This document shows positions 45,936-55,221 of a DNA stretch of 64,000 nt, piece by piece. The translations under genes and the position numbers were made by a program. The DNA is from Candidatus Saccharimonadales bacterium (lineage in GTDB: Bacteria > Patescibacteriota > Saccharimonadia > Saccharimonadales > JANWIN01), in contig JBBRLY010000012.1 of NCBI GenBank assembly GCA_038231155.1, positions 128,645 through 192,644 of the forward strand, in the 5' to 3' direction. Position 1 is the first letter of the stretch, and the number at the start of each line of letters is the position of its first letter. The notes beneath the pieces were generated by a model, which worked only from the letters and a program-made list of their open reading frames with translations, did not search any database and was not told the DNA's origin.

Positions 45936-46302
45936 TTTTCTTGGCAGGAGATTTCTTTGCAGCAGTTTTCTTAACAGGTGTCTTTTTAGTAGGGGCTTTT
46001 TTAACAACTGGTTTAGGGGCCGGTTTCTTCTTAGCGATGGATTTCTTAGCAGCTAACTTCACGCCGGCAGCTTTAGCTTGGGCAGCTAACTTACTTTTTT
46101 TACGAGCGGCTTTATTTTTACTTAAAACGCCTTTTTTAACAGCGGTATCAATAGCACTTTGGGCTTTTTGCAAGGCTTCAATTGTAAACTTAGACTTTAA
46201 GCTTTTAACTGAGTCTTTTACCAACCTTTTAGTCCGGACATTTCGAGCCGTAGCTTTACGACTGATACGTACCCGCTTTTTAGCTGATTTAATAATGGGC
46301 AT
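45925..46302 (-). CDS. rpsT: Ribosomal protein S20 with Lys/Ala/Pro-rich C-terminal extension
   Basis: MPIIKSAKKRVRISRKATARNVRTKRLVKDSVK is the S20 N terminus. The start is set at 46302; the track ORF extends upstream into non-S20 sequence. The tail is AAKKSIAKKKPAPKPVVKKAPTKKTPVKKTAAKKSPAKKTTK. Confidence 0.88.
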   Translation of the reverse strand: MPIIKSAKKRVRISRKATARNVRTKRLVKDSVKSLKSKFTIEALQKAQSAIDTAVKKGVLSKNKAARKKSKLAAQAKAAGVKLAAKKSIAKKKPAPKPVVKKAPTKKTPVKKTAAKKSPAKKTTK

Positions 46303-46486
46303 AAACTTCCTTAACCTGGACTTTAATATAACTATTGAAACCACACTATACAGAGGTAGGACTAGTTTGTAAACCCCGTAAGCTAAATTGATCAATCTGT
46401 TTAGATGCCCTAACTAAATAGTTGTTGAAATTAGCTTGGCTTTATGCTAGACTGACCTCTATAATCCGTTAAAATAAAAACTACAT

Positions 46487-48028
46487 ATGAATCCGCAACA
46501 AAGTCCATCTCAACCATTTATGGATCCTAAACAGAATCCCGCCGGGCGCCCACCCCAGCCGGCCTTGGATCCTAAACAGCAAGTGGCCGCACTACTAAAG
46601 GGAGCCGCTAATGTTCTAGTTACGGTTAGCGCCAACCCTTCGGTTGATCAACTAGCCAGCGCTATTGCTACTGGACTTGTATTAAATAAACTAGGTAAAC
46701 ACGCTACAGCGGTATTTAGTGGTCAAGTACCTTCTATAATTCAGTTCTTACAACCTGAAAAAAATCTATCTAAGTCAGCTGACAGCTTGCGAGATTTCAT
46801 TATCGCCTTGGATAAAGCCAAGGCAGATAAACTGCGTTATAAAGTTGAAGATAAGTTCGTAAAGATCTTTATTACCCCATACCATACTAATCTTAGCCAA
46901 AAGGACTTAGAGTTTAGCCAAGGTGAGTACAACATAGACGTAGTACTGGCCATAGGTGTTAAAAAGAAAGAGGATCTCGATCAGGCGATTATTGCTCACG
47001 GACGGATTCTACACGACGCCTCAGTAATTAGCCTTAACATTCAAGCTGGAGCCGATGTTGGTTCGATTAATCTGACATCACCTACGGCCAGCAGCTTAAG
47101 CGAAATTCTAGTAAGCATAGTCGAACTCATGAAGGAAGAAAATAAACCGATATTAGACTCTCAAATTGCCACAGCCTTTCTGACTGGTATAGTCGCCCAA
47201 ACTCAGCGCTTCAGTAATGCTAAAACTACACCTCAAACTATGAGTATTGCAGCCAGACTTATGAATGCCGGAGCAAATCAGCAACTAGTGGCTACAAAAC
47301 TGGAAGAGCCTCAACCAATACCGCAAGTAGCTTTGAAAACTCCACCACCACCAATTGCCGCCAAGCCAGCTAGCCCACCAAAGTTGCAGCCGGCTATATT
47401 GCCAAAACCAGCCCCACCGATGCCTAAACCTACGGCCGGAGTAATAGAGATTGACCATGACAATAAGCCATCAGCTAACAAGCCAGCTGACGGGGGAGAA
47501 GACGAAGATCCTGATAGTGTTGATAAAATCCAAATTGATGACGAAGGAACACTGCGCCGCTTAGCTGAACTTGAAGCGGCTGCCAGAGCCAAGGAAATTA
47601 GTGGAGAAACTCCTGCTGATGATCGAAAAGTCCTGCAAGACGCTCCTCAAACCGCTAAACCACTAAGGTTAAGCGATCCTCTAGCTCCACCAAGTTCTAG
47701 TGGTGATTCACTGGCTAGTCAGCCTAGCAGCGCGCCGTTACTAACTCACGATGTATCAGATACTCCGTCAATTCAACCTCCCGGTGGAAATGTTGCAAAT
47801 GACAAGACTTTAAGTGATATCGAAAAATCCGTTGATAGTCCTCATTTAGATACTAAAGTTGATGAGGTTAAAAGCGGTGGTTCAATAGGCCTACCACCCG
47901 TTTTACAAACTACTGATTCGCCGTCTACGGGCGGACCAACGCCGCCACCAGTCCCGCCACCACTGCCAATGGCTTCACCTCCCACTCAAACCAATTTGAG
48001 TGACCCCAACACCGGTGTGCCGTTATAA
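46487..48028 (+). CDS. Degenerate DHH (NrnA-like) domain protein with ~230-aa Pro-rich tail
   Basis: Collinear with NrnA blocks, but the catalytic residues are replaced: VLVTVSANPSVDQLASAI (vs H..PD.D..GS), ISLNIQAG (vs DHH), GIVAQTQRF (vs GI..DTG.F). The C-terminal half is proline-rich low complexity. Confidence 0.5.
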   Translation: MNPQQSPSQPFMDPKQNPAGRPPQPALDPKQQVAALLKGAANVLVTVSANPSVDQLASAIATGLVLNKLGKHATAVFSGQVPSIIQFLQPEKNLSKSADSLRDFIIALDKAKADKLRYKVEDKFVKIFITPYHTNLSQKDLEFSQGEYNIDVVLAIGVKKKEDLDQAIIAHGRILHDASVISLNIQAGADVGSINLTSPTASSLSEILVSIVELMKEENKPILDSQIATAFLTGIVAQTQRFSNAKTTPQTMSIAARLMNAGANQQLVATKLEEPQPIPQVALKTPPPPIAAKPASPPKLQPAILPKPAPPMPKPTAGVIEIDHDNKPSANKPADGGEDEDPDSVDKIQIDDEGTLRRLAELEAAARAKEISGETPADDRKVLQDAPQTAKPLRLSDPLAPPSSSGDSLASQPSSAPLLTHDVSDTPSIQPPGGNVANDKTLSDIEKSVDSPHLDTKVDEVKSGGSIGLPPVLQTTDSPSTGGPTPPPVPPPLPMASPPTQTNLSDPNTGVPL

Positions 48029-48100
48029 TCTAGTAAATTAAGAAAAGTTTCTAGACGATTATAGATTTTATTTTTATTAGAAACGTTGCATAATGTAATT

Positions 48101-48535
48101 ATGAGCGAGTTAGACCCATCTTTAAATGTTGTTAGTGCATTAGATAGTCTCAAAAAAGTTTTATCTTTAGAAAGACAAATTAGAAAAGAGCATACTGATG
48201 CTTTGAATACATTGAGTGAGTATTTAGAAGCTTCAAAGGGCAAGAGTTTTATGGTATCCGGTATAAGTCACAGCGCTGGCCAAAAGTTTATCCGTCAAAT
48301 AGGCGACCAATCCCGCGAAAGCTGGACATTTGCAGCCACCCATAGTTTGACAGAAGAAATCAAACCATTTGAAGCAAGAGAAATGGTTAACGGTGGAATA
48401 TCGAAAAGCCAACTGTTTTCAGGTACTTCTGTAGAATTGTTTTATCCAGGAGTAGATAATTTTAAGATTCTCGTTGGATTGGACAGTATTATTCAATTTG
48501 AGCCACTTAGTGACAGCGTTCCAACTATCAGCTAA
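48101..48535 (+). CDS. Hypothetical protein
   Basis: I prefer the ATG at 48101 (MSELDPSLNV), which is 6 nt after CATAAT (48089-48094). I recognise no motif. Confidence 0.45.
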   Translation: MSELDPSLNVVSALDSLKKVLSLERQIRKEHTDALNTLSEYLEASKGKSFMVSGISHSAGQKFIRQIGDQSRESWTFAATHSLTEEIKPFEAREMVNGGISKSQLFSGTSVELFYPGVDNFKILVGLDSIIQFEPLSDSVPTIS

Positions 48536-48555
48536 AGCTTTAAGTAAAGTCATAT

Positions 48556-49281
48556 ATGAATGGAATTTTATTGGTAGATAAGCCGGTGGGCTGGACTAGT
48601 TTTGACGTTGTGGCAAAAGTGCGCAATCTACTTAAAGAAAGCGGCAAATCCATATATGAAGTTAAAAAAGGTCAAAGTCCTAAAAAACTTCGTGTAGGAC
48701 ATACCGGGACTTTAGACCCTTTGGCAAGTGGCATATTGGTACTTCTCATTGGTAATTACACAAAATGTGCCGATGAATTTACTAAATTAGATAAAACATA
48801 TGAAGTCGAAATGAAACTAGGAGAAATAAGCACTACCGGAGATGAAGAAGGGAACAAACAGCTTGTAAGTAAGCAAATTCCAAGTGGGCAGTCGGTTATA
48901 GCTGCCCTAAAGTCATTTCAAGGCCAAATTGACCAAACTCCACCTAAGTATTCAGCAATTAAAATAAACGGACAGCGGGCCTATAAATTAGCTAGAGCCG
49001 GTAAAGATGTTCAAATGCAACCCAGAAAAATAACAATTTATAAACTGGAACCGACAAATTACTCATTTCCAATAGTAAAATTTAAAGCCGAAGTATCTAG
49101 TGGTACATACATTCGCAGCTTAGTAGAGGATATTGGCCAAAAACTGGGCGTTGGAGCTTATATGAGTGCTCTCCGGCGCACTCAAGTTGGCGCCTATAAT
49201 CTAAGCCAAGCACTTAAAATAACGGATATAACCCTCGATTTTCAAAGCATCACCACAAACCTATTGACAAATACACAATAA
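48556..49281 (+). CDS. truB: tRNA pseudouridine(55) synthase
   Basis: GILLVDKPVGWTSFDVV, the catalytic-Asp block VGHTGTLDPLASGILVLLIG, YSAIKINGQRAY, SSGTYIRSL. Confidence 0.93.
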   Translation: MNGILLVDKPVGWTSFDVVAKVRNLLKESGKSIYEVKKGQSPKKLRVGHTGTLDPLASGILVLLIGNYTKCADEFTKLDKTYEVEMKLGEISTTGDEEGNKQLVSKQIPSGQSVIAALKSFQGQIDQTPPKYSAIKINGQRAYKLARAGKDVQMQPRKITIYKLEPTNYSFPIVKFKAEVSSGTYIRSLVEDIGQKLGVGAYMSALRRTQVGAYNLSQALKITDITLDFQSITTNLLTNTQ

Positions 49282-49325
49282 ATTGCTATACTACGGAAGA
49301 TAGTTAAAAATAAAAAGGTTCTGAA

Positions 49326-49481
49326 ATGGCTAAAAAGCACAAACTAATCACTTCTTCTACTTTAAATGTAGAAACCGAATTGCTGCCTGCTAAAACTGTT
49401 ACCAAGCAGGACTATCTAAAATTAGGTGGTGTACGACTCCGGGAAATTGCTGATGGTCCATATATTGTAAACCTTCCGTAA
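49326..49481 (+). CDS. 51-codon ORF between truB and its displaced 3' fragment
   Basis: Not in the supplied track because it is under 60 aa. Sequence MAKKHKLITSSTLNVETELLPAKTVTKQDYLKLGGVRLREIADGPYIVNLP. It is preceded by TTGCTATACT (49284-49293) and AAAAGG. Confidence 0.3.
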   Translation: MAKKHKLITSSTLNVETELLPAKTVTKQDYLKLGGVRLREIADGPYIVNLP

Positions 49482-49493
49482 AAACCACCTCAT

Positions 49494-49692
49494 CCAATGG
49501 TAAAATTTAAAATCGAAGTTTCCAACGGCACCTATATCCGCAGTATGGTAGAGGATATTGGCCAAAAAATTGGGGATTGGGGCCTACACCAGTGCTCTAC
49601 GGCGCATTTCTGTTGGCCAATTTAAGCTAACTGAGGCTGTGCAAATACCAGGGTTAAATCAAGAAGCATTGCACCAAGCCTTGAATAATTAG
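49494..49692 (+). pseudogene. truB: Displaced, frameshifted second copy of the truB 3' end
   Basis: It translates as MVKFKIEVSNGTYIRSMVEDIGQKIG, then after a +1 shift GAYTSALRRISVGQFKLTEAVQIPGLNQEALHQALNN*. It is collinear with truB 49069-49281 (IVKFKAEVSSGTYIRSLVEDIGQKLGVGAYMSALRRTQVGAYNL). One extra A in the run at ~49566-49571 breaks the frame, and no 5' part is present. Confidence 0.8.
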
Positions 49693-49741
49693 CTTAGAGA
49701 GATTTACTTAATATCAAAAGTACGATGACTTTTTAGGGAAT

Positions 49742-50878
49742 TTACTGAATGCTCCAGTCTAGAGTTGTAGTAGAAGCAGGCGCGCTGTATTGAACGGTGC
49801 CAAGACGAGTTTTGGCTAAGTTAGTCGAGTTTACCGAATATATCTGATCAGATGAAGCACCAGCGCTATTATCTACCGCAATTGCACCACTGCTAGGCGA
49901 CCAATCTATATCACCCAGGCCGTTACTACCAGTAAATGAAGCTGCAATGTTATGTTTGCTAGCTAAGTTAATGATATGTAACTGAGCTGTTGAACCAAAG
50001 CTGTAGGTTCCATAGGCAAGTCGGCTACCATCTGGCGACCAGGTAGGGTTATAACAGTCATTACCATTGACTGTGCTACAAGTAACAACCACTTGGTTAC
50101 CAGAACCATTAGAATTTACAATATGGATATTGCCAGAACCACCGGCTGTGTAAGTTATTTGGCTACCATTTGGTGACCAAGCATTATGAGTACTTAAAAT
50201 AGAATTAACTCCAACAACTATATTAACCATGCCGCTACCATCACTATTGATGGCAAAAATACCTTTCTTACCTTCAAACCCGGCGCTATAAAAAAGTAGC
50301 CTATTACCGCCTGGAGACCACTGTAAGGCTAGAACCTCAGTAATTGTGCCAGAGGTGATCTTCTTATAATTTGTGCCGTCTGCGTTTAAAGTGTAAATAG
50401 CTGTGTTTGTAGTACCTGAGTTATATGGACCTTCATATATAGCTAGTTTCTTGGCAGTTTCTGACCAGGCAATTGATGTTATAAAAGATCCATCACTAAG
50501 CACTGGTGTTATACGTTTAGCGTTTAAACCGTCTGGAGACATACTATAAACCGCTGTTCCTGCAGGATTCGCATAAAATATCTTCGAGCCATTTGAACTC
50601 CAGGTCGGTAAACTACCAGCAATTTTAGTATTTTTGACTGTTCCTGAAGAACTAGCAGTATAAATATAATTAGTATTGGCAGTTTTCCCACCGTTAAAAA
50701 CTATAAGTGGTGCCGGTGTAACTAGATTTGAATCAATTTGCGGAACTGGTGTCTGAGCATGACTTTTAGATAATACATATCCTCCGATAGCACCAACCAT
50801 AACAATCACAACAATCGGAATTATTATATGATGGCCAAAGCCACTCTGACTTTTATGAAGACGACTAATAAAGATCAT
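49742..50878 (-). CDS. Membrane-anchored PD40/TolB-like beta-propeller protein
   Basis: N-terminal TM (HIIIPIVVIVMVGAIGGYVL) and repeated W-S-P-(D/N/G)-G-S-x-(L/I)-x-(Y/F) blades (WSSNGSKIFY, WSPGGNRLLFY, WSPNGSQITY, WSPDGSRLAY). Confidence 0.65.
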   Translation of the reverse strand: MIFISRLHKSQSGFGHHIIIPIVVIVMVGAIGGYVLSKSHAQTPVPQIDSNLVTPAPLIVFNGGKTANTNYIYTASSSGTVKNTKIAGSLPTWSSNGSKIFYANPAGTAVYSMSPDGLNAKRITPVLSDGSFITSIAWSETAKKLAIYEGPYNSGTTNTAIYTLNADGTNYKKITSGTITEVLALQWSPGGNRLLFYSAGFEGKKGIFAINSDGSGMVNIVVGVNSILSTHNAWSPNGSQITYTAGGSGNIHIVNSNGSGNQVVVTCSTVNGNDCYNPTWSPDGSRLAYGTYSFGSTAQLHIINLASKHNIAASFTGSNGLGDIDWSPSSGAIAVDNSAGASSDQIYSVNSTNLAKTRLGTVQYSAPASTTTLDWSIQ

Positions 50879-51028
50879 ATTTTTATTTCCTTAGTTTTAA
50901 TTTTTATCTGTTGCTTATGGTTAAAAGTATCTACTTTTGACCCATAAACGTCAAGCTGTATCTGTAAAAAAGTTTTAAAGACTTCTGAACGGTCTCCAAA
51001 AGTTTCCTAAATAGGAATGGAAATATTT

Positions 51029-51607
51029 CTATACTTGGGGAGTAGGACCCGCAACAGCCGATAGACCTTCATCTTTATCAATATACTTGCCAAGCTCAGA
51101 GTCGCTAAGTGCAGTTATTAATTGTTGGGCTTCATCGCCATTTAAGTAATGCGGTGCTGGCTGTTCGCCAGCTTTAACAGCATGTAGATAATCATGGAGG
51201 GCAGCAAGATCATCTTTTCCTTCAATTCTCTGTGCTAGGACAAGAAGAGGTGGTAGCTCCGGTAGACATATAACTCGATAAGTATTTTCGGAATCTCCAA
51301 ACTCAGCTATGTCTTCTTCCATCATATAGGGTGACTTATCGCTAAATAGTGAAAGGGCAACCTCAGCCCAACCTTCATTTGGCTCATAGCGAAGATATAT
51401 CGGCCTCATGGCATCGGCTTCACCTAGCTGCACGGGGAACTGAAAAGTACCTAAGTCGAATCCTACAAAATTAGGTTCTAAATCTTCTCCTGTGTTTTTT
51501 TTGACGTGATCAGCTAGCTCGGCACCTAAAGCCTGGGTGCGTTCTCTAACTGTTCTTGTAAGTAATACTTGAGGTGGCTCAGCTCCAGTTTTAGCTTCTC
51601 CGGTCAT
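51029..51607 (-). CDS. Acidic hypothetical protein
   Basis: 192-aa ORF. I recognise no motif. Confidence 0.45.
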   Translation of the reverse strand: MTGEAKTGAEPPQVLLTRTVRERTQALGAELADHVKKNTGEDLEPNFVGFDLGTFQFPVQLGEADAMRPIYLRYEPNEGWAEVALSLFSDKSPYMMEEDIAEFGDSENTYRVICLPELPPLLVLAQRIEGKDDLAALHDYLHAVKAGEQPAPHYLNGDEAQQLITALSDSELGKYIDKDEGLSAVAGPTPQV

Positions 51608-51763
51608 ATGGAAATCCTAATGATTTGATTCTAAATAACATAGTAATTATATCAGAGCCCTGTTTGTGAAATGTACCTTAGTTTTACATTCTTGACGACG
51701 GTATACTCGCGAAAAGTTTGCTATTGCAAAAGGGGACCTAATCTGTTAGACTACGTCCAAGAT

Positions 51764-52030
51764 ATGATCAGTGGTGAGAACAAAACTAAGACCATTGACG
51801 CTTTAGCAGAAAGCAAAAATGACACTGGCAGCAGTGCTGTACAGGTAGGCATTCTCACAAAGCGGATTGCTGAAATTACCGATCACTTAAAGACGCATAA
51901 GAAAGATCATGCCGCCCGAAGGGGACTACTGCAAATGGTTGGCAATCGCCGCCGTCATCTGCGCTACATAGCTCGTCAAGATAGTAAAAAATATCTAGAT
52001 TTAATCGATAAACTAGGCATCAGAAAATAG
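51764..52030 (+). CDS. rpsO: Ribosomal protein S15
   Basis: DTGSSAVQVGILTKRIAEITDHLKTHKKDHAARRGLLQMVGNRRRHLRYI is the S15 core. The start is set at ATG 51764 (88 aa). Confidence 0.92.
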   Translation: MISGENKTKTIDALAESKNDTGSSAVQVGILTKRIAEITDHLKTHKKDHAARRGLLQMVGNRRRHLRYIARQDSKKYLDLIDKLGIRK

Positions 52031-52180
52031 TTAGAAGTTAGATTACGCAATGAAGAAATTCATTACGAAATCTAGGATCTAAATTCTAGAATAATTAATA
52101 GTGTAGGCGACGGAGCACAGTCCCCTTAACAGCGGATTGAACCTCGTTACTTACCCTAGAGAAAGGAAAAGAGTACGAAC

Positions 52181-54316
52181 GTGAGTACAATTAATCCGTT
52201 TGGCAAAAAAATTATAAAAGTCGAGACTGATTTTTGTGGTAAACCCTTATCACTAGAAGTTGGTCGGGTTGGTTTTAGAAGTAGCAGTGCAGTTATAGCC
52301 CGCTACGGTGATACTGTCATATTAGCTACAGCTATGATTGGCGACAAACCTGCCGTAGGCTTTGATTATTTCCCATTAAGTATCGATTACGAAGAACGCA
52401 TGTATGCTGCCGGCAAGATTAGCGGTAGCCGATTTATTAAACGTGAAGGTCGTCCCAGCGATGATGCTGTCTTAATCGGCCGCATAATTGATCGTCCAAT
52501 CCGTCCACTGTGGCCCAAGGGCTATAGAAACGAAGTCCAAGGAGTCGTGACTGTCCTTAGCATTGATCCTAGTTTTAGACCAGACGCCATTGCCATGATA
52601 GCCATGAGTGCCGCCTTTATGTTAACCGGCGCGCCATTTGACGGTCCAATTGCTGGAGTCCGGATTGGCCAGGTAGATGGTAAGTTAACACCGTTTGCTA
52701 GTGCTGAACAACTAGATATCGGCTTGGATCTATTTGTAGCCGGAACTTCTGAGGCCATTATGATGGTGGAAGCCGGTGCCAATGAAGTAACTGAAGCTAC
52801 CATTGTAGAAGGCTTAAAACTAGCCCAGAGAGTTATCAAGCCAGCCGTAGAACTACAAAAAGAATTAATTAAAAAAGTTGGCGTAACTCCCCAGGAGTTT
52901 GAGCTACTGTTACCCGATAGTGATATTGAGCAGCGGGTAGAGACATGGCTAGCTGGAAAGTTAGGTGCCGGACTACGCATGCCGTACCCGGAACGTAACG
53001 ATCTGGTCAGTAACTTAAAACAGCAAATGCTAAGTCATTTTGAAGAAGCCGTAGGTGAAGGTTTTAGTGAAGTAAAACATGAATACCTCGATGCCTTTGG
53101 GCATGCCGTACATAATGATGTACGCCGTGGCATCGTAGAAGATAACATCCGTCCTGATGGACGTAAATTTGCTGACATTAGACAGCTGAGTAGTGAAGTC
53201 GGCATTTTACCCCGAACCCATGGCTCTAGCTTATTTACTAGAGGTGTTACCCAGGCTATGAATATTATTACTTTAGCACCGCTTAGCTATTCGCAAATGG
53301 TGGACACTATGGAGCGCCAAGGTGAAAAGCGTTACATGCACCACTATAACGCCCCGGGATATACTGTCGGAGAAATTAAGCGTATGGGTAGCCCCGGAAG
53401 GCGCGAAATTGGTCACAGCGCCCTTGCAGAGCGCGCCATATTGCCAATGATTCCAGCTGAAGATGAGTTTCCTTATGCTATACGATCAGTTACTGAAATT
53501 ATGAGTCAAAACGGCAGTACCTCTATGGCTGCTACTTGTTCAAGCACATTAGCCCTAATGGACGCCGGCGTACCACTTATCCGTCCAGTTAGCGGGGTAG
53601 CCATGGGTTTAATTAAAGATGGCGACAAAATAGTCGTCTTAAGTGACATTGCCGATGCCGAAGACTTTGCCGGAGATATGGACTTTAAGATAGCTGGTAC
53701 CGAAAAAGGAATTACGGCCCTACAAATGGACATGAAAGTTCATGGTTTGCCGGTAGATACTCTAGCCCAGGCTTTGGAACAATCTAAAAAAGCTAGAGCC
53801 ACCATTTTGGATCATATGCTTAGCACTTTAGCAGCTCCTCGTAAAGACATGAGTCCTTACGCACCACGAGTCGAATCTATTAAAATCAATCCGGAGAAGA
53901 TTCGTGAAGTCATTGGTAAAGGCGGTGAAATGATTAACAAGATTATTGCCGAAACTGGTGCCGAAATAGATATTAAAGACGATGGCACGGTATTTATTGC
54001 CAGCCCCGATAAACAAAGCATTGATGCCGCTATCCAATGGGTACAAAATTTAACCGAAGAACCAATCGTCGGCAGAATCTATGAAAATGTACCGGTAGTT
54101 AGTGTTATGGACTTCGGTGCCTTTGTGCAGATTTTGCCCGGTAAAGATGGCTTAGTACACGTTAGTGAAATGAAAGAAGAACGGGTTAATAAGCCCAGTG
54201 ATGTAGTTAAAGAAGGCGATAAAGTAAATGTTAAATTGGTGGCTATTGATGACCGTGGCCGTCTGCAATTAAGTATGAAAGCCGTACAACGCGAGAAAAA
54301 AGATGGTAAAGACTAA
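52181..54316 (+). CDS. pnp: Polynucleotide phosphorylase
   Basis: Two RNase PH domains (RPIRPLWPKGY, TRGVTQA..., GSPGRREIGHSALAERA), then KH (IGKGGEMINKI) and S1 (GAFVQILPGKDGLVHVSE). GTG start behind an AAAGGA Shine-Dalgarno sequence. The rpsO-pnp order is classic. Confidence 0.97.
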   Translation: MSTINPFGKKIIKVETDFCGKPLSLEVGRVGFRSSSAVIARYGDTVILATAMIGDKPAVGFDYFPLSIDYEERMYAAGKISGSRFIKREGRPSDDAVLIGRIIDRPIRPLWPKGYRNEVQGVVTVLSIDPSFRPDAIAMIAMSAAFMLTGAPFDGPIAGVRIGQVDGKLTPFASAEQLDIGLDLFVAGTSEAIMMVEAGANEVTEATIVEGLKLAQRVIKPAVELQKELIKKVGVTPQEFELLLPDSDIEQRVETWLAGKLGAGLRMPYPERNDLVSNLKQQMLSHFEEAVGEGFSEVKHEYLDAFGHAVHNDVRRGIVEDNIRPDGRKFADIRQLSSEVGILPRTHGSSLFTRGVTQAMNIITLAPLSYSQMVDTMERQGEKRYMHHYNAPGYTVGEIKRMGSPGRREIGHSALAERAILPMIPAEDEFPYAIRSVTEIMSQNGSTSMAATCSSTLALMDAGVPLIRPVSGVAMGLIKDGDKIVVLSDIADAEDFAGDMDFKIAGTEKGITALQMDMKVHGLPVDTLAQALEQSKKARATILDHMLSTLAAPRKDMSPYAPRVESIKINPEKIREVIGKGGEMINKIIAETGAEIDIKDDGTVFIASPDKQSIDAAIQWVQNLTEEPIVGRIYENVPVVSVMDFGAFVQILPGKDGLVHVSEMKEERVNKPSDVVKEGDKVNVKLVAIDDRGRLQLSMKAVQREKKDGKD

Positions 54317-54503
54317 AAAAAGATCTATAAGCATCTGGAATAGTCGACGCGGTAGCGCCGTAATAAGCTTGCTAGTGCTAATTGCCGCTTATTTTATGGG
54401 CTCCAGAGCCTTGGATACCGGTAGCTTACAACAGTACTTTCTACTTATTGTGCTGCTATATATATTTATAAATCGACTAATTCACGCCATCCGCGGTAAC
54501 TAG
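54303..54503 (+). CDS. Possible small membrane protein
   Basis: 66 aa with two hydrophobic segments. It overlaps the pnp 3' end by 14 nt. Coding status is uncertain. Confidence 0.25.
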   Translation: MVKTKKRSISIWNSRRGSAVISLLVLIAAYFMGSRALDTGSLQQYFLLIVLLYIFINRLIHAIRGN

Positions 54504-54559
54504 ATTTTAGATGAAACAGTTAGTCATTGACCAGAAATAAGTGAAGCAGGAAACTAACC

Positions 54560-55192
54560 ATGAAAAGTACCAAGCAAGTCCAGTTGGATAAAATTAAAGC
54601 AGATATTGTAAAAGATAAAATCTGCCCGGATTTGGCTGAATCAGCTACCAACTTAGTATTTGGTGATGGCAATGCCAATGCTGATATTGTATTTATTGGT
54701 GAAGCCCCGGGTAAGAATGAAGATCAACAAGGCTTGCCATTTGTCGGTGCTGCTGGTAAGTTTTTAAATCAAATGTTGGATATGATTGGGCTGAGCCGAG
54801 CTGATGTCTACATAACTAATATTGTTAAATATCGGCCGCCTGATAATCGTGATCCACTACCTGAAGAAAAAGCCCAATTTTTACCTTATCTTAAGCGTCA
54901 GCTGGAGATAATTAAGCCCAAGCTGGTCATTACTTTGGGCCGCCATAGCTTGAACTGCTTTTTACCAGATATGTCCATAAGCCTGGTCCACGGACAACCT
55001 AAAAGAATAAAACTACTTTCCCAGGTTAAGCAGTCAGCCGAAACTCACAAACAGCAAGTTTCAGATTTCTTGGTAGTCGTGATATTACCACTGTTTCATC
55101 CAGCCGCTGCCTTATATAACGGTGCCATGAAGCAAACGTTGATCGACGACTTTGCCCAGATCCCAGCAATATTAAATAAACTAAATAACTAA
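54560..55192 (+). CDS. Uracil-DNA glycosylase, family 4
   Basis: VFIGEAPGKNEDQQGLPFVGAAGKFLNQML and LPLFHPAAALYN are family 4 motifs A and B. Confidence 0.88.
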   Translation: MKSTKQVQLDKIKADIVKDKICPDLAESATNLVFGDGNANADIVFIGEAPGKNEDQQGLPFVGAAGKFLNQMLDMIGLSRADVYITNIVKYRPPDNRDPLPEEKAQFLPYLKRQLEIIKPKLVITLGRHSLNCFLPDMSISLVHGQPKRIKLLSQVKQSAETHKQQVSDFLVVVILPLFHPAAALYNGAMKQTLIDDFAQIPAILNKLNN

Positions 55193-55221
55193 CTTGAATC
55201 AGAAACTAAGGAGATAAATTA

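Noticed and set aside
52031-52180. Imperfect hairpin ATTACGCAATGAA-GAAA-TTCATTACGAAAT between rpsO and pnp, as a pnp autoregulatory (RNase III) site or rpsO terminator
   Set aside because: The stem has 2 mismatches in 13 bp and no clear U-run. It is plausible by analogy with E. coli rpsO-pnp, but the sequence alone does not support it well enough to annotate.
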